DNA from: Coriobacteriia bacterium
GTDB lineage: Bacteria > Actinomycetota > Coriobacteriia > Coriobacteriales > UMGS124
Reading direction: 5' to 3'
Assembly (NCBI GenBank): GCA_018368455.1
Contig: JAGZEG010000004.1
Span: 19,617 to 83,616 of the forward strand
DNA: 64,000 bases
Below are positions 19,257-28,054 of the stretch, one piece after another. A program made the position numbers and the translations under genes. Positions within the stretch are counted from its first letter, which is position 1. The number at the start of each line of letters is the position of its first letter. The notes beneath the pieces were generated by a model, which was given only the letters and a program-made list of their open reading frames with translations, did no database searches and was not told the origin of the DNA.

Positions 19257-21212
19257 TTACGCCTCGGCGAACATCCCCGAGCCGGCGGCGAAGCCCAGAG
19301 CCATCGAGCTCACGCCGGACATGCCTACCGTCAGCTCACCGGCGGCATAGAGGCCCTCGATGCTCGTGCCGTCCTCGCGGACGATCTGCGAGAAGTCGTC
19401 GGTCACGACGCCACCCTCGGTGATGTGAGCGGCCCACGTGCGCGGGGAGGCGTAGAACGGCGGGTTCTCGATGGGGCTGTCGGCGGTGAAGATCATGCGG
19501 CCGAAGTCGGGATCCTCGCCGTTGCGGGCGATCTCATTGTAGCGCTCGACCGTTGCCGCAAACGTGGCCGGGTCACAGCCGATCTGCTCGGCGAGCTCCT
19601 CGATGGTGTCGGCGCGATAGAGCTGGCCCTGGTCGAGCAGGCGCTGGATGTCGCGGCCGTAGTAGTTCTTGTCACCCTCGACGCGGCAGGTGTCCTTGTC
19701 GCTGATGAGGTAGAGCACCTGGTCCGGCTGCTGCATGAGGGCCTCGGTCATCGTGTAGCGGTCGAGCGTCTCGTCCATGAAGCGCTCGCCGTTGGCGTTC
19801 ACGAGCAGGCAGTCGGTGTCGGCGCCCACCGTGGTCTCATCCGTGCCGTTCTTCACGTCAGCGAACGGGAACATCATGAGCGAGTCCATCATGGCCAGCG
19901 CTGCGCCCTCGCCCTGCGCCAGCTTGATGCCGTCGCCCTGGTGGCCGAACACGTTCGTCGTGGGGATGATGGTGTTCTCGTCCCACGGCCACATCGTGTT
20001 GTACTCAAGCAGCATGTCGGGGTTGCCCGAGAAGCCGCCCGTTGCCAGCAGCGCGCCGTGCGTCGCGCGGATGTTGTACGTCGTGCCGTCGTCGGCAACG
20101 GCCTTCAGGCCCACGACGCGGTCGCCGTCCTTGATGAGCTCGGTCGCGGGCGTGTCGAGCATGATCTCGATCGGGTAGTCGTTCTGCTCGATCTGGCGCT
20201 CGAAGAAGTCGAAGTAGCCCTGGCCGCAGACGCCCTCTGCCGGCGCGGACCAGTGCGGCCACGGATAGCCGACGATGCCGATGCACGGCTTCCACTCAAA
20301 GTTGTTCTCGTCCAGGAACGCGTCGAAGTCCGAGACGCACTGGGCAAAGCTCAGCGAACCGTAGTAGCCGTCGGCGCCGTAGAGCAGGCACTCCTGCAGC
20401 GCCATGAGCTCCTCGCAGTCGAACAGCGTCGTGTCGCCCGAGGCCAGGTACTCGTCGTATTTCTTCTGGATCTTCCCGAGCTCGTCGGCGGGGATCTCCT
20501 GGGCGATGGGGTTGGCCAGGTCGGACTCGAGCTGGTTGGTGAGCTCGGGCGTCATGGGAACGCGCAGCTCGGTCGGGGCGTTCACGTACTCGAGGTAGCC
20601 GCCGGACACGAGGGCGTTGCCGCCGACATTGCTGCCCTTCTCCAGGACGATGACCTTGCTCGCGCCGTTCTTGGCCGCGCCAAGGGCGGCGCCCATGCCT
20701 GCCGCGCCGGCGCCGGCAATGACGAGGTCGCACTCGAGGTCAACAACGTCGGTCGACTTCTCGGGGCGCACGTAGTTGGCCTTCATGGCCTCGACGTCGC
20801 CACCGGCCTGCTCGACGCAGTCGGCCACGGCCGTCATGATGGCGGCACACGTGATCGTGCAGCCCGTGATCGTGTCGATGCCCAGCGCCTGCTGCTCGAT
20901 GATCGTGGCGGGGATCTCGGCGAAGGCGCGGTCAGACACGCGCTCCGTCTCGGCGTGGTCCTTGACGACGATGTCGGTCAGCTCGCTGTCGGTGAACGTC
21001 ACCTCGAGCGTGAGGGGGCCGAACTTGCCCTGGCCCGTGCCCGTGTACGTTCCAGCGGTGAACGTCAGCGCGTTGGCCGGCGCGGCGTGGGCCGTGCGAA
21101 CGGGGGCAATTGTCGGCAGGCCGAGGACGGCCATCCCCACGCCGGCAAGCGTGGCTCCGGCAACGAACGTGCGGCGATTCATGCCCGTGACCTGCGCGAT
21201 GGAATCCTTCAT
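19257..21212 (-). CDS. Tat-exported flavoprotein reductase (FMN_bind plus FAD domain), paralog of 2577..4550
   Basis: 'NRRTFVAGATLAGVGMAVLGLPTIAPVRTAHA' Tat signal. FMN_bind with variant motif 'DTITGCTIT'. 'DLVIAGAGAAGMGAALGAAKNGASKVIVLEKGSNVGGNALVSGG'. Long collinear similarity to the 2577 protein (e.g. 'GGFSGNPDMLLEYNTMWP', 'PFYASPRTWA'). RBS 'agaggag'. Confidence 0.85.
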   Translation of the reverse strand: MKDSIAQVTGMNRRTFVAGATLAGVGMAVLGLPTIAPVRTAHAAPANALTFTAGTYTGTGQGKFGPLTLEVTFTDSELTDIVVKDHAETERVSDRAFAEIPATIIEQQALGIDTITGCTITCAAIMTAVADCVEQAGGDVEAMKANYVRPEKSTDVVDLECDLVIAGAGAAGMGAALGAAKNGASKVIVLEKGSNVGGNALVSGGYLEYVNAPTELRVPMTPELTNQLESDLANPIAQEIPADELGKIQKKYDEYLASGDTTLFDCEELMALQECLLYGADGYYGSLSFAQCVSDFDAFLDENNFEWKPCIGIVGYPWPHWSAPAEGVCGQGYFDFFERQIEQNDYPIEIMLDTPATELIKDGDRVVGLKAVADDGTTYNIRATHGALLATGGFSGNPDMLLEYNTMWPWDENTIIPTTNVFGHQGDGIKLAQGEGAALAMMDSLMMFPFADVKNGTDETTVGADTDCLLVNANGERFMDETLDRYTMTEALMQQPDQVLYLISDKDTCRVEGDKNYYGRDIQRLLDQGQLYRADTIEELAEQIGCDPATFAATVERYNEIARNGEDPDFGRMIFTADSPIENPPFYASPRTWAAHITEGGVVTDDFSQIVREDGTSIEGLYAAGELTVGMSGVSSMALGFAAGSGMFAEA

Positions 21213-21474
21213 GGTGCAAGCTCCTCTCTACAACCTGTTTTCAGGATGTGCTGCGTGCGGTGCACGGTCATTAGATTCGTCACAATGGACGTTCGAAGCA
21301 TCCCACGGGTGGAAAGTCAGGGTGTAACCTTGTAACCCGACGGTGTAACCCAATCCTCTGAGCTGGGATAACGATGTTTTGCGGGGAATGGGGCCACGCG
21401 CTGTACACCGGGCTGAGAAGTGGTGTACCCCTAGTACCTTGAAGCGCTGAGGTCGTGATGGTATAACGCCTTAC

Positions 21475-22956
21475 ATGGATATCACGGGGAAAGATAGGGG
21501 CGAGTCGGCCGCGACGAGCAGCGCGTCGGGGATCCTTGCGACGTGGCGCGCGAGGCTGTCCGCCCCGCACCCGATACGCCCACTTTTCTTTGGCTTTGCT
21601 TTCAGCCGGGCCGCCAACGATCTGCTCGGCCAGGGGTTCCTGACTGCGAGGCCCGCTGATCCCATCTGGGGAGATGACCTCTACTCGGGGTTCATGCTCC
21701 TCGCGTTTCTGACCTTTGTCGTTCTTGCGCGCAAGATCGCACCGCTGTACAACCGCCGCCCGGCCTTCGTCGCCATGCTCGCCCTGTCTGTCGCGGCGGC
21801 CATCGCGGATTTTCTGGGCGGCATGTTGGGGTACCCGCTGCCGCTCGTTGCCACGGCGGCCCTACTCGCGGGGTTTTCCTCGGCGCTCTCTATCTTGTTG
21901 TGGGCGGAGTTTCACAGCTGCCTCGAGCCGTTCGACATCATCTTCTACGTCTCGGGCGCCTTTCTGCTCGGAGGCCTGGGTTCCTGGATGCTCGGCGACG
22001 CGACTGGCCTGCGCAGGCTCGCGATACTGCTTGTGCTGCCGATGCTGTCGATCATCTGCCTGAGGCACAACTTCGCCCGCATGAGTCCGCTGGACCTGCC
22101 ACATCCTGCGTGGGGTCGGATGCGCATCCCTTGGAGCCTGATCGCCGTCCTGGGCATCTACGAGTTCACGTTCGGCATACAGGAGACGTCCATCGAGTTC
22201 TCGAGCGGCGCCTACACGTGCGGGACGCTGCTGGCTCCCGTGATTTCCCTGCTGTTCCTGTGCGTCCTCTCACGCAAGATGAGCTTCACGGCTATCTATC
22301 GAACGCCGTTTGCGCTCATGCTGTGCGGGCTTGCCCTTACGCCGCTGTCGTCCCCGCTTGCGGGGCCGTTCCCTGACCTGCTTGTCTCGACGGGGTATTC
22401 GTTCATCTTCCTGCTGCTGACGTTTCTCATGTGTGATCTCTCACGGCGTTACGGGGTATCGGTTCTTCTGCTGTGCGGCATAGAGGAGCTGACGGCGGCG
22501 TTTCGCTTGCTGGCGCATCGCGTGCCCGGCCTCATGCAGGGGGGCGCGTTGCCGCCATTCGTGGACGAGGGGTTCGTCTCCGCCGCGCTGACGTTGGGCA
22601 TCGTCGTGGCGAGCGTCGTTTTGCTAGCGGACCACCGCGCCTCGGACAGCTGGGGCGCCTCGTTCATGGGTGTGCACGTCAAGGGCCAGGACGGGCGTGA
22701 CGAGGCGTGGCTCGTGCAGAAGTGCGCCGAGCTCGCCAGGGCATACGGCCTGAGCCCCCGCGAGCTCGAGGTGCTCGAGTACATCGCGCGTGGCAAGACG
22801 TCGGCGTACATCGAGGACAAGCTCGTCATCGCGAACGGCACGCTCAAGTCGCACACGCGCCGCATCTACGCCAAGCTGGGCGTCCACAGCCGAAAGGAGC
22901 TACTCGGCATGATCGAGGCACACGAAGAGGATGCGGCTGCCCCTAGCGTGTCGTAA
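21475..22956 (+). CDS. Membrane-integrated LuxR-family transcriptional regulator
   Basis: C-terminal 'LSPRELEVLEYIARGKTSAYIEDKLVIANGTLKSHTRRIYAKLGVHSRKELLGMI' follows a polytopic N-domain collinear with the 733..2352 protein ('FFGFAFSRAANDL' vs 'LFGFAFVRAFYDV'). It is divergent from the reductase at 21212. Confidence 0.8.
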   Translation: MDITGKDRGESAATSSASGILATWRARLSAPHPIRPLFFGFAFSRAANDLLGQGFLTARPADPIWGDDLYSGFMLLAFLTFVVLARKIAPLYNRRPAFVAMLALSVAAAIADFLGGMLGYPLPLVATAALLAGFSSALSILLWAEFHSCLEPFDIIFYVSGAFLLGGLGSWMLGDATGLRRLAILLVLPMLSIICLRHNFARMSPLDLPHPAWGRMRIPWSLIAVLGIYEFTFGIQETSIEFSSGAYTCGTLLAPVISLLFLCVLSRKMSFTAIYRTPFALMLCGLALTPLSSPLAGPFPDLLVSTGYSFIFLLLTFLMCDLSRRYGVSVLLLCGIEELTAAFRLLAHRVPGLMQGGALPPFVDEGFVSAALTLGIVVASVVLLADHRASDSWGASFMGVHVKGQDGRDEAWLVQKCAELARAYGLSPRELEVLEYIARGKTSAYIEDKLVIANGTLKSHTRRIYAKLGVHSRKELLGMIEAHEEDAAAPSVS

Positions 22957-24295
22957 CGGGGATCTCGATGCTGCCCAGCCTGACGGCGGTTATACGGGTG
23001 ACGTCGACGATTCTTGGAGTGTAGCGCGCGATCTGCACCTCGCCGACGCCCTCGGTGTCGAGTGAGGCGGTGCCGCTCGAGCTCAGCGAGGGATAGCGTG
23101 CGTTGCCGGGGTAGGATCGCGCGATGTCGATGGCCTCTCCGCTGTCCAGAACGAGCGAGACCGGAAGGTCAAGAATCCTGTGGAGCTCCTCGAATGCATC
23201 GGGGCCTGTCTTGTCTGATTCGGTATACGCGCGCAGCTCAATGCGCACTGAGACGGGAGACACGCTCAGCGAGGCCACGGTTATTTTGTAGGGTCCGTTC
23301 GAGAACGTCTGGTCTGACGTCTCGACATCAAGCGTGTGATCCTCGTAGTTGAGCGGGAAGGAAAGTTCCCACGTGCCGTGTATGACGGTTCGCCTGATGA
23401 ACCTGTCGCCCGATCCGTCTGTGGAGGGGTCGCGCTCGCCCATGGCGGCGAGGTCGACGAAGCGGGCGTTGACCGTTGCGCCGACGAGGGGGCTCTCCGT
23501 GTGGATGGCGCAGATGAGCTGGAGCGCGTTGTCGTTCGGGTCGGCGTCGTAGGTTGTCGTCATGTAGCCCCAGTTCTGCATGGCCGCCTCATCGTCGAAC
23601 GTGATGTTGCTGCCTTGGAAGAGGAGCTCGGGCGAGCCAGGCATGCTGTCGATGCCCAGCTCGTCGAAGGGCGAGCCGTCGTCCTTTGCCGCGGTGAACA
23701 CGATGATGGCGACGTTGCGGTCGCCAATGACGCTGTCTGCCGTGATGGTTACGCCGCCAGAGCTGGCACCGACGCCGATGGGCGCACCGGGGAGTTCGTC
23801 GGAGCTGCCCGCGGTTGCCGCAGCGTCTTGCGCGGGATCGGGGAAGTAGACCGGTGCGCCGTCGGGGCCGACGGGGCCGCCGGGAATCTGGGAACGCGAG
23901 AAAACCCGTGCAATAAGGTCGGGGACGTCGACGCTGGTGAGGCCGGTCGCTGCGGCTATCCCCGCGGCTGCTGCGGTGAGCGTGGCAGCCGCGGCAAGGC
24001 CGACGAACGCGCGTCGGGAGACGGCGGAGTGCGTGCGAGTGCGTGAGGCTCGTGCGGCGGGGGTGGGGGAACTGCTTTTTTCGGGAGAGGACGGTTGCGC
24101 GGAGGAGTGGTTCTGTGGGGAGACGGCTGCCCCGGCGGAGAGATGCTGCGCGACGAGGGTGTTCACGAGGGCCTCCTTCTCGGTAGGGGAGAGGCGCAGG
24201 GCGCTCATGGCGCGGACGTAGGGTGAGGCGGAGCTGGGGGAGTGCGATGCGTCTTGCTGATTCGACTTGGGGTGCGCCTCGGGGGCTGTGCTCAT
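22943..24295 (-). CDS. Putative anti-sigma factor: single-pass membrane protein with large extracytoplasmic domain
   Basis: Its start overlaps the stop of the ECF sigma gene by 4 nt. It has a cytoplasmic N-terminus, one TM segment ('RRAFVGLAAAATLTAAAAGIAAATGL') and an approx 300-aa external domain. Function is assigned by position only. Confidence 0.5.
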   Translation of the reverse strand: MSTAPEAHPKSNQQDASHSPSSASPYVRAMSALRLSPTEKEALVNTLVAQHLSAGAAVSPQNHSSAQPSSPEKSSSPTPAARASRTRTHSAVSRRAFVGLAAAATLTAAAAGIAAATGLTSVDVPDLIARVFSRSQIPGGPVGPDGAPVYFPDPAQDAAATAGSSDELPGAPIGVGASSGGVTITADSVIGDRNVAIIVFTAAKDDGSPFDELGIDSMPGSPELLFQGSNITFDDEAAMQNWGYMTTTYDADPNDNALQLICAIHTESPLVGATVNARFVDLAAMGERDPSTDGSGDRFIRRTVIHGTWELSFPLNYEDHTLDVETSDQTFSNGPYKITVASLSVSPVSVRIELRAYTESDKTGPDAFEELHRILDLPVSLVLDSGEAIDIARSYPGNARYPSLSSSGTASLDTEGVGEVQIARYTPRIVDVTRITAVRLGSIEIPVTTR

Positions 24296-24930
24296 CGGGA
24301 GCCTCCTTCCAGCAGGGTGCGGAGCTTTGCACGGGCTCGGCTCAGGTGTTTGGCGACGGTGCCTTCTCGCTCGCCGGTGAGGGTCGCGATATCTCGTGCG
24401 GAATACCCCTCGTAGTAGTGCAGGTAGATGGCCTGTCGATAGGCTGGCGAGAGCGCGCTGACTGCAGCGAGTACGGAGGGGTCGGGCTCACTGGCCGCTA
24501 CGCTCTCCACGGGCTCAAAGCCGTCGCGCTCGCGCAGCTCATCGAGGGAGTCCACGCGCCCGCACCAGGCGGAGCGACGCAGGTCGATGCAGGCGTTGAT
24601 CGTGGCCCGAATGACCCATGCCTTCTCGTGCTCCGCGTTGCGGAATTGCACGGCACCGCCCTTCGAGGCGTCCAGCAGCTTGAGCAGCACGGTCTGACAG
24701 ATGTCCTGGGCATCGTCGGATGATCCGAGACGCGCATAGCTCAGCCGAAGGATAAGGTCGGCATAGACGGTGACGACGCGCTCTATGTATGCGCGCGCGG
24801 TGTCGGCGTCGCACGCCGGGTGCGGCTCGACTGGGTTGGCGCCCGGGATGTCCGGCGCCGCCGGCTGCGGCGACGGCCCTTGCGATGCCTCGCGGCTATC
24901 GTGTACCACGATGCCTCCCTTCCGCGCCAC
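24292..24930 (-). CDS. ECF-type RNA polymerase sigma-70 family factor
   Basis: Region 2 ('DAQDICQTVLLKLL...FRNAEHEKAWVIRATINACIDLRR') and region 4 ('LSPAYRQAIYLHYYEGYSARDIATLTGEREGTVAKHLSRARAKLR'). GTG start with RBS 'gaggagg'. Confidence 0.85.
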   Translation of the reverse strand: MARKGGIVVHDSREASQGPSPQPAAPDIPGANPVEPHPACDADTARAYIERVVTVYADLILRLSYARLGSSDDAQDICQTVLLKLLDASKGGAVQFRNAEHEKAWVIRATINACIDLRRSAWCGRVDSLDELRERDGFEPVESVAASEPDPSVLAAVSALSPAYRQAIYLHYYEGYSARDIATLTGEREGTVAKHLSRARAKLRTLLEGGSR

Positions 24931-25112
24931 CGGTCGTGCCTCCTCGCGGAGCCACTATGCCTTGCCCGCGCTGTTGTACGCCTCGGACTTTCCTTCATTG
25001 CTAACACGAATGATGGGGCCCCATTCGGACAGCCCGAGAGAGGTTTTTTGACTTTTTGGGCGAGGGGGAAGTCGCGCGATGTGCCAGGTGGCTGGCGTGT
25101 TCAGAAGCGGCG

Positions 25113-25460
25113 GGTCTGCGAGGATTTGCGAAATGGTGCGCTCGGGATGGACGCGAATTGCGGCTCTGCGAGGATTTGCAGGGAGGCGTCCTCGGAATGG
25201 GCGCGAATTGCGGGCGTGTGAGGTTTGCGGGGGAGTTCGTGTTACGAATTTCAGGCATGGCGGGAGGGCTTGCTGGCCAGGGGCGCGTTGGTAACACCTA
25301 GCAAGAATGGATCCTAGCAGTTTGCGCGCAAAGCTCGCACAGCCGTGATTCGAGGCCGCGCGGGATCCCTCGTGTTGCAAAACCTTGCACAAACGTGATT
25401 AGGGGCCACCCGGGGCCCGCGCGCAGCAGAATCTCGCGCAGGCGCAGGGGGCCGAGGCGG
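25113..25460. repeat. Complex intergenic repeat array: approx 3 direct copies then approx 3 inverted copies of an approx 50-bp unit with core TGCGAGGATTTGC
   Basis: Direct units at 25113-25161, 25162-25211 and a degenerate one at 25212-25252 (ggTCTGCGAGGATTTGCg...CGCGAATTGC). Opposite-orientation units at approx 25325-25372, 25373-25421 and 25422-25460 (CGCAAAGCTCGCACAG..GTGATTCGAGGCC / TGCAAAACCTTGCACAA..GTGATTAGGGGCC). Confidence 0.55.
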
Positions 25461-25516
25461 CGCCCGATCCTCTGCCATCGAACGCGCGCTTAGAATCCCG
25501 CACTCGGCGCTTGGCC

Positions 25517-26611
25517 CTACTCTCCAGCCCGTGCTTCTCGCTCACGCACTGCTTTCTCGATTGCGATGAGCTGCTCGGCCAGTGCGCCGAAGTTCAGGCC
25601 ATTTACCCGCTCGATGAGCGCGACATCTTCCGGGTCGAACGCGTCCTCGCCGCGCAGGCCGCCGCAGATCGCGCACGCCATGGAGGCGACGGTGTCGGTG
25701 TCGCTGCCGGCAGCGGTCGCCATACAGGCGCACACGCGTGGATCGCCGCCCGAGAGCTGCACGAACGCCAATGCCGCCGGGACGCTCTCGCATGCCAGCG
25801 GGGAACAGCCGATGAGGTCGCGCACGTCCTCGGGGATGCTCAGGCCGCGGGCCATCTCGATGCGAGCTGCCACGGAGGCCGAGGCGAAGTCGACGCCGCG
25901 TAGCTCGCCGAGGTCGGCCGCGTCGCCGGCGGCGTCGAGCACGCTGTTCAGCTGGGCCCCGCGCACGGCGGCACCCACGGCGGCTCCGATGGCGCTGGCC
26001 GCCGCGATGGCGACGCCGGTGTGGTGTGTCGGCAGGCTGATGGCTTCGGCGGCGTCCACGATGCGCTCAGGGCGGGCCGGGTCGCCGAACACGATGCCGA
26101 GCGGGGCCATCTTCATCGCGCCGCCGTTCGTGTAGCCGCGCGAGCCCGTCTGCTCCATCGGCACGCCTGCGTCGATCTGCTCGAGGGCGCGCCGTGTGCT
26201 CGGCCCGAGCACGGCGGTGGACTTGGGACAGGTTGTGGCCCAGCGGCGCAGCTTCTCGAGGAAGAGCCGCGCGTCGACGCGTCCGCCCGTCTCGGCGAGC
26301 ATCTCGATGACAAACAACGTGTGCATCGTGTCGTCGGTGACCTCGCCGGCCGCGAGCCCGCGCGAGATGTCGTTGTCGGGCATACCTGGCATGAGATGGT
26401 CGACGAGGCCGACTTCGCGCACGATGCGTCGCGCGCTCCATCCCTCGACTGGCATGCCGAACGCGTCGCCGTACGCCGCGCCGATGAGCGCCCCGCGCAC
26501 ACGGGTGTAATCCAGCTCTGCCATCCCGCCGCCTACCTCTCCGGCTCGCATGCCTCGCACCCACGCATCGAATGCGGGCTGATGTGGGCCTTTCAGCAAC
26601 CTGAACGTCAT
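25517..26611 (-). CDS. ADP-ribosylglycohydrolase family protein
   Basis: 'RGALIGAAYGDAFGMPVEGW', 'EVTDDTMHTL' and 'AAGSDTDTVASMACAICGGL' match the conserved metal-binding motifs of the DraG/ARH family. Confidence 0.85.
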   Translation of the reverse strand: MTFRLLKGPHQPAFDAWVRGMRAGEVGGGMAELDYTRVRGALIGAAYGDAFGMPVEGWSARRIVREVGLVDHLMPGMPDNDISRGLAAGEVTDDTMHTLFVIEMLAETGGRVDARLFLEKLRRWATTCPKSTAVLGPSTRRALEQIDAGVPMEQTGSRGYTNGGAMKMAPLGIVFGDPARPERIVDAAEAISLPTHHTGVAIAAASAIGAAVGAAVRGAQLNSVLDAAGDAADLGELRGVDFASASVAARIEMARGLSIPEDVRDLIGCSPLACESVPAALAFVQLSGGDPRVCACMATAAGSDTDTVASMACAICGGLRGEDAFDPEDVALIERVNGLNFGALAEQLIAIEKAVREREARAGE

Positions 26612-26690
26612 AACCGCAGGGAGATAATCCCCAAACGAGGTATCATCGCGAAAACACCCGCGAGCCAGCCTTCACTCGATGGAGCGCGGG

Positions 26691-27653
26691 CTATGCCGGG
26701 TCGCCTGCCTGCTCGGCTCGCGCGGCCATTTCGGCTTGCACCTGCGCGAGCGTCGGCGAGAACCGCGCACCCAGCCCGCTCACCGTGTGGGCTGCGCACG
26801 CGGTGGCGAACTCCATGGCGTCGCGTAGGCCACGGCCCTCCAGGCAGTACGCGTGCGTGAACCCACCGAGATACGAGTCGCCGGCGCCTGTCGTGTCGAC
26901 GGTCTCCACCGGCAGGGCTGCCACGTCGACGTGTGTTCCGTCCGGCGCGTAGGCTACGGAGCCTGCCGAGCCCAGCGTGAACAGCAGCGTGCCGGCGGCC
27001 CCGTGGCGGCGCAGGTAGGCGGCGCACTCGTCGGGATCCTCGCTGTCGCACAGCGCGAACAGGGCGGCGCGGCACGGAGCAAACACGTCGATGAGTGGCA
27101 GCGCGGCGAGGATGTCGGGGGCCTCGAAGCCGAAGCCCTGCATCGTCATGAGGTCGACCTGCACGTTGACGACTGTCGTGACGCCTGCCTCGCGTGCGGT
27201 GGCCAGCGCAGCGAGGGCTGGCTCCTTGGGCAGCAGGTCGGTGTAGAGCACGCGGGCGTGTCGCAGCTGCTCGAGGTCGATGTCGGCGCTGGTCAGGGCC
27301 GCGAAGGCATCGCCCAGGTTCAGCATGATGAACTTCTCGCCGCCGTCAGCGATGACGATGTCGGTGTGCAGCGTCTCTCCGCCGGGGCGCACGACCATCG
27401 GCGTGGTATCGACGTCCTCGCCCGCAAGGCTGTCGAGCACGGCGTGCCCCAGTGCGTCGTCGCCGACCTCTCCAGCGTAGGAGCAGGCGTCGCCGAGGCG
27501 CGCGAGCTGCACGATGACGTTCGTCCCGCTGCCACCGGGCTGCTTCGTCGAGCTCTTGACGACGCAGAAGCCGTCGGCCGCGGGCAGGTGGTCCACGCGG
27601 ATGAGAACGTCGGTCGCAAGCGTGCCCAGGCCAAACACGTCGATGCCGCTCAT
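26691..27653 (-). CDS. PfkB-family carbohydrate/nucleoside kinase (ribokinase-like)
   Basis: 'GGSGTNVIVQLARLG' N-terminal motif and 'VDTTGAGDSYLGGF' PfkB signature 2. 320 aa. Confidence 0.85.
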   Translation of the reverse strand: MSGIDVFGLGTLATDVLIRVDHLPAADGFCVVKSSTKQPGGSGTNVIVQLARLGDACSYAGEVGDDALGHAVLDSLAGEDVDTTPMVVRPGGETLHTDIVIADGGEKFIMLNLGDAFAALTSADIDLEQLRHARVLYTDLLPKEPALAALATAREAGVTTVVNVQVDLMTMQGFGFEAPDILAALPLIDVFAPCRAALFALCDSEDPDECAAYLRRHGAAGTLLFTLGSAGSVAYAPDGTHVDVAALPVETVDTTGAGDSYLGGFTHAYCLEGRGLRDAMEFATACAAHTVSGLGARFSPTLAQVQAEMAARAEQAGDPA

Positions 27654-28054
27654 GGGGCTCCCTTCTCAGGTGGGCGGGTGCGCTGCGGTGCCGTCTGGTC
27701 TTGCGGCGCCGGGGACAGTGGGGCTCGCCCACAGGTATGTTCACCGTCATCCTAGTCCCAAATCGAGCGAATCGGACGTACGAAAGAGACTTTGCGTCGC
27801 GCCCCCCTACGCGATCCTGCACAACGGCGTCGTGGCCGAGTGGGACGCGTGGCGGACTCCTTGCGGCCGGCAGTGCATTTGCGGGGATGGTACGCCTGCA
27901 GGGCGTCTCTACCGACTGGGGCCCACGACCGCGACGTACGTTTCTGGGTGCTTTTGCATGTGCGCCCACGCCAATTGCCAACGCCGAACGCTTTACTGCT
28001 TTACTTTTGTTACAACACGTGCTAGCCTCAAGAAAAAGGGGAGATGGAGGTTCC

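Noticed and set aside
25113-25460. CRISPR array.
   Set aside because: The units are contiguous approx 50-bp repeats without unique spacers, are degenerate, number only approx 3 per orientation, and no cas genes are nearby.
27701-28054. The N-terminal 118 codons of track ORF 27701..28498.
   Set aside because: There is no RBS and no domain resemblance. A strong RBS and the RHH antitoxin motif begin at 28055. The upstream part is treated as a non-coding promoter region (possible TTTACT-17-TAGCCT).
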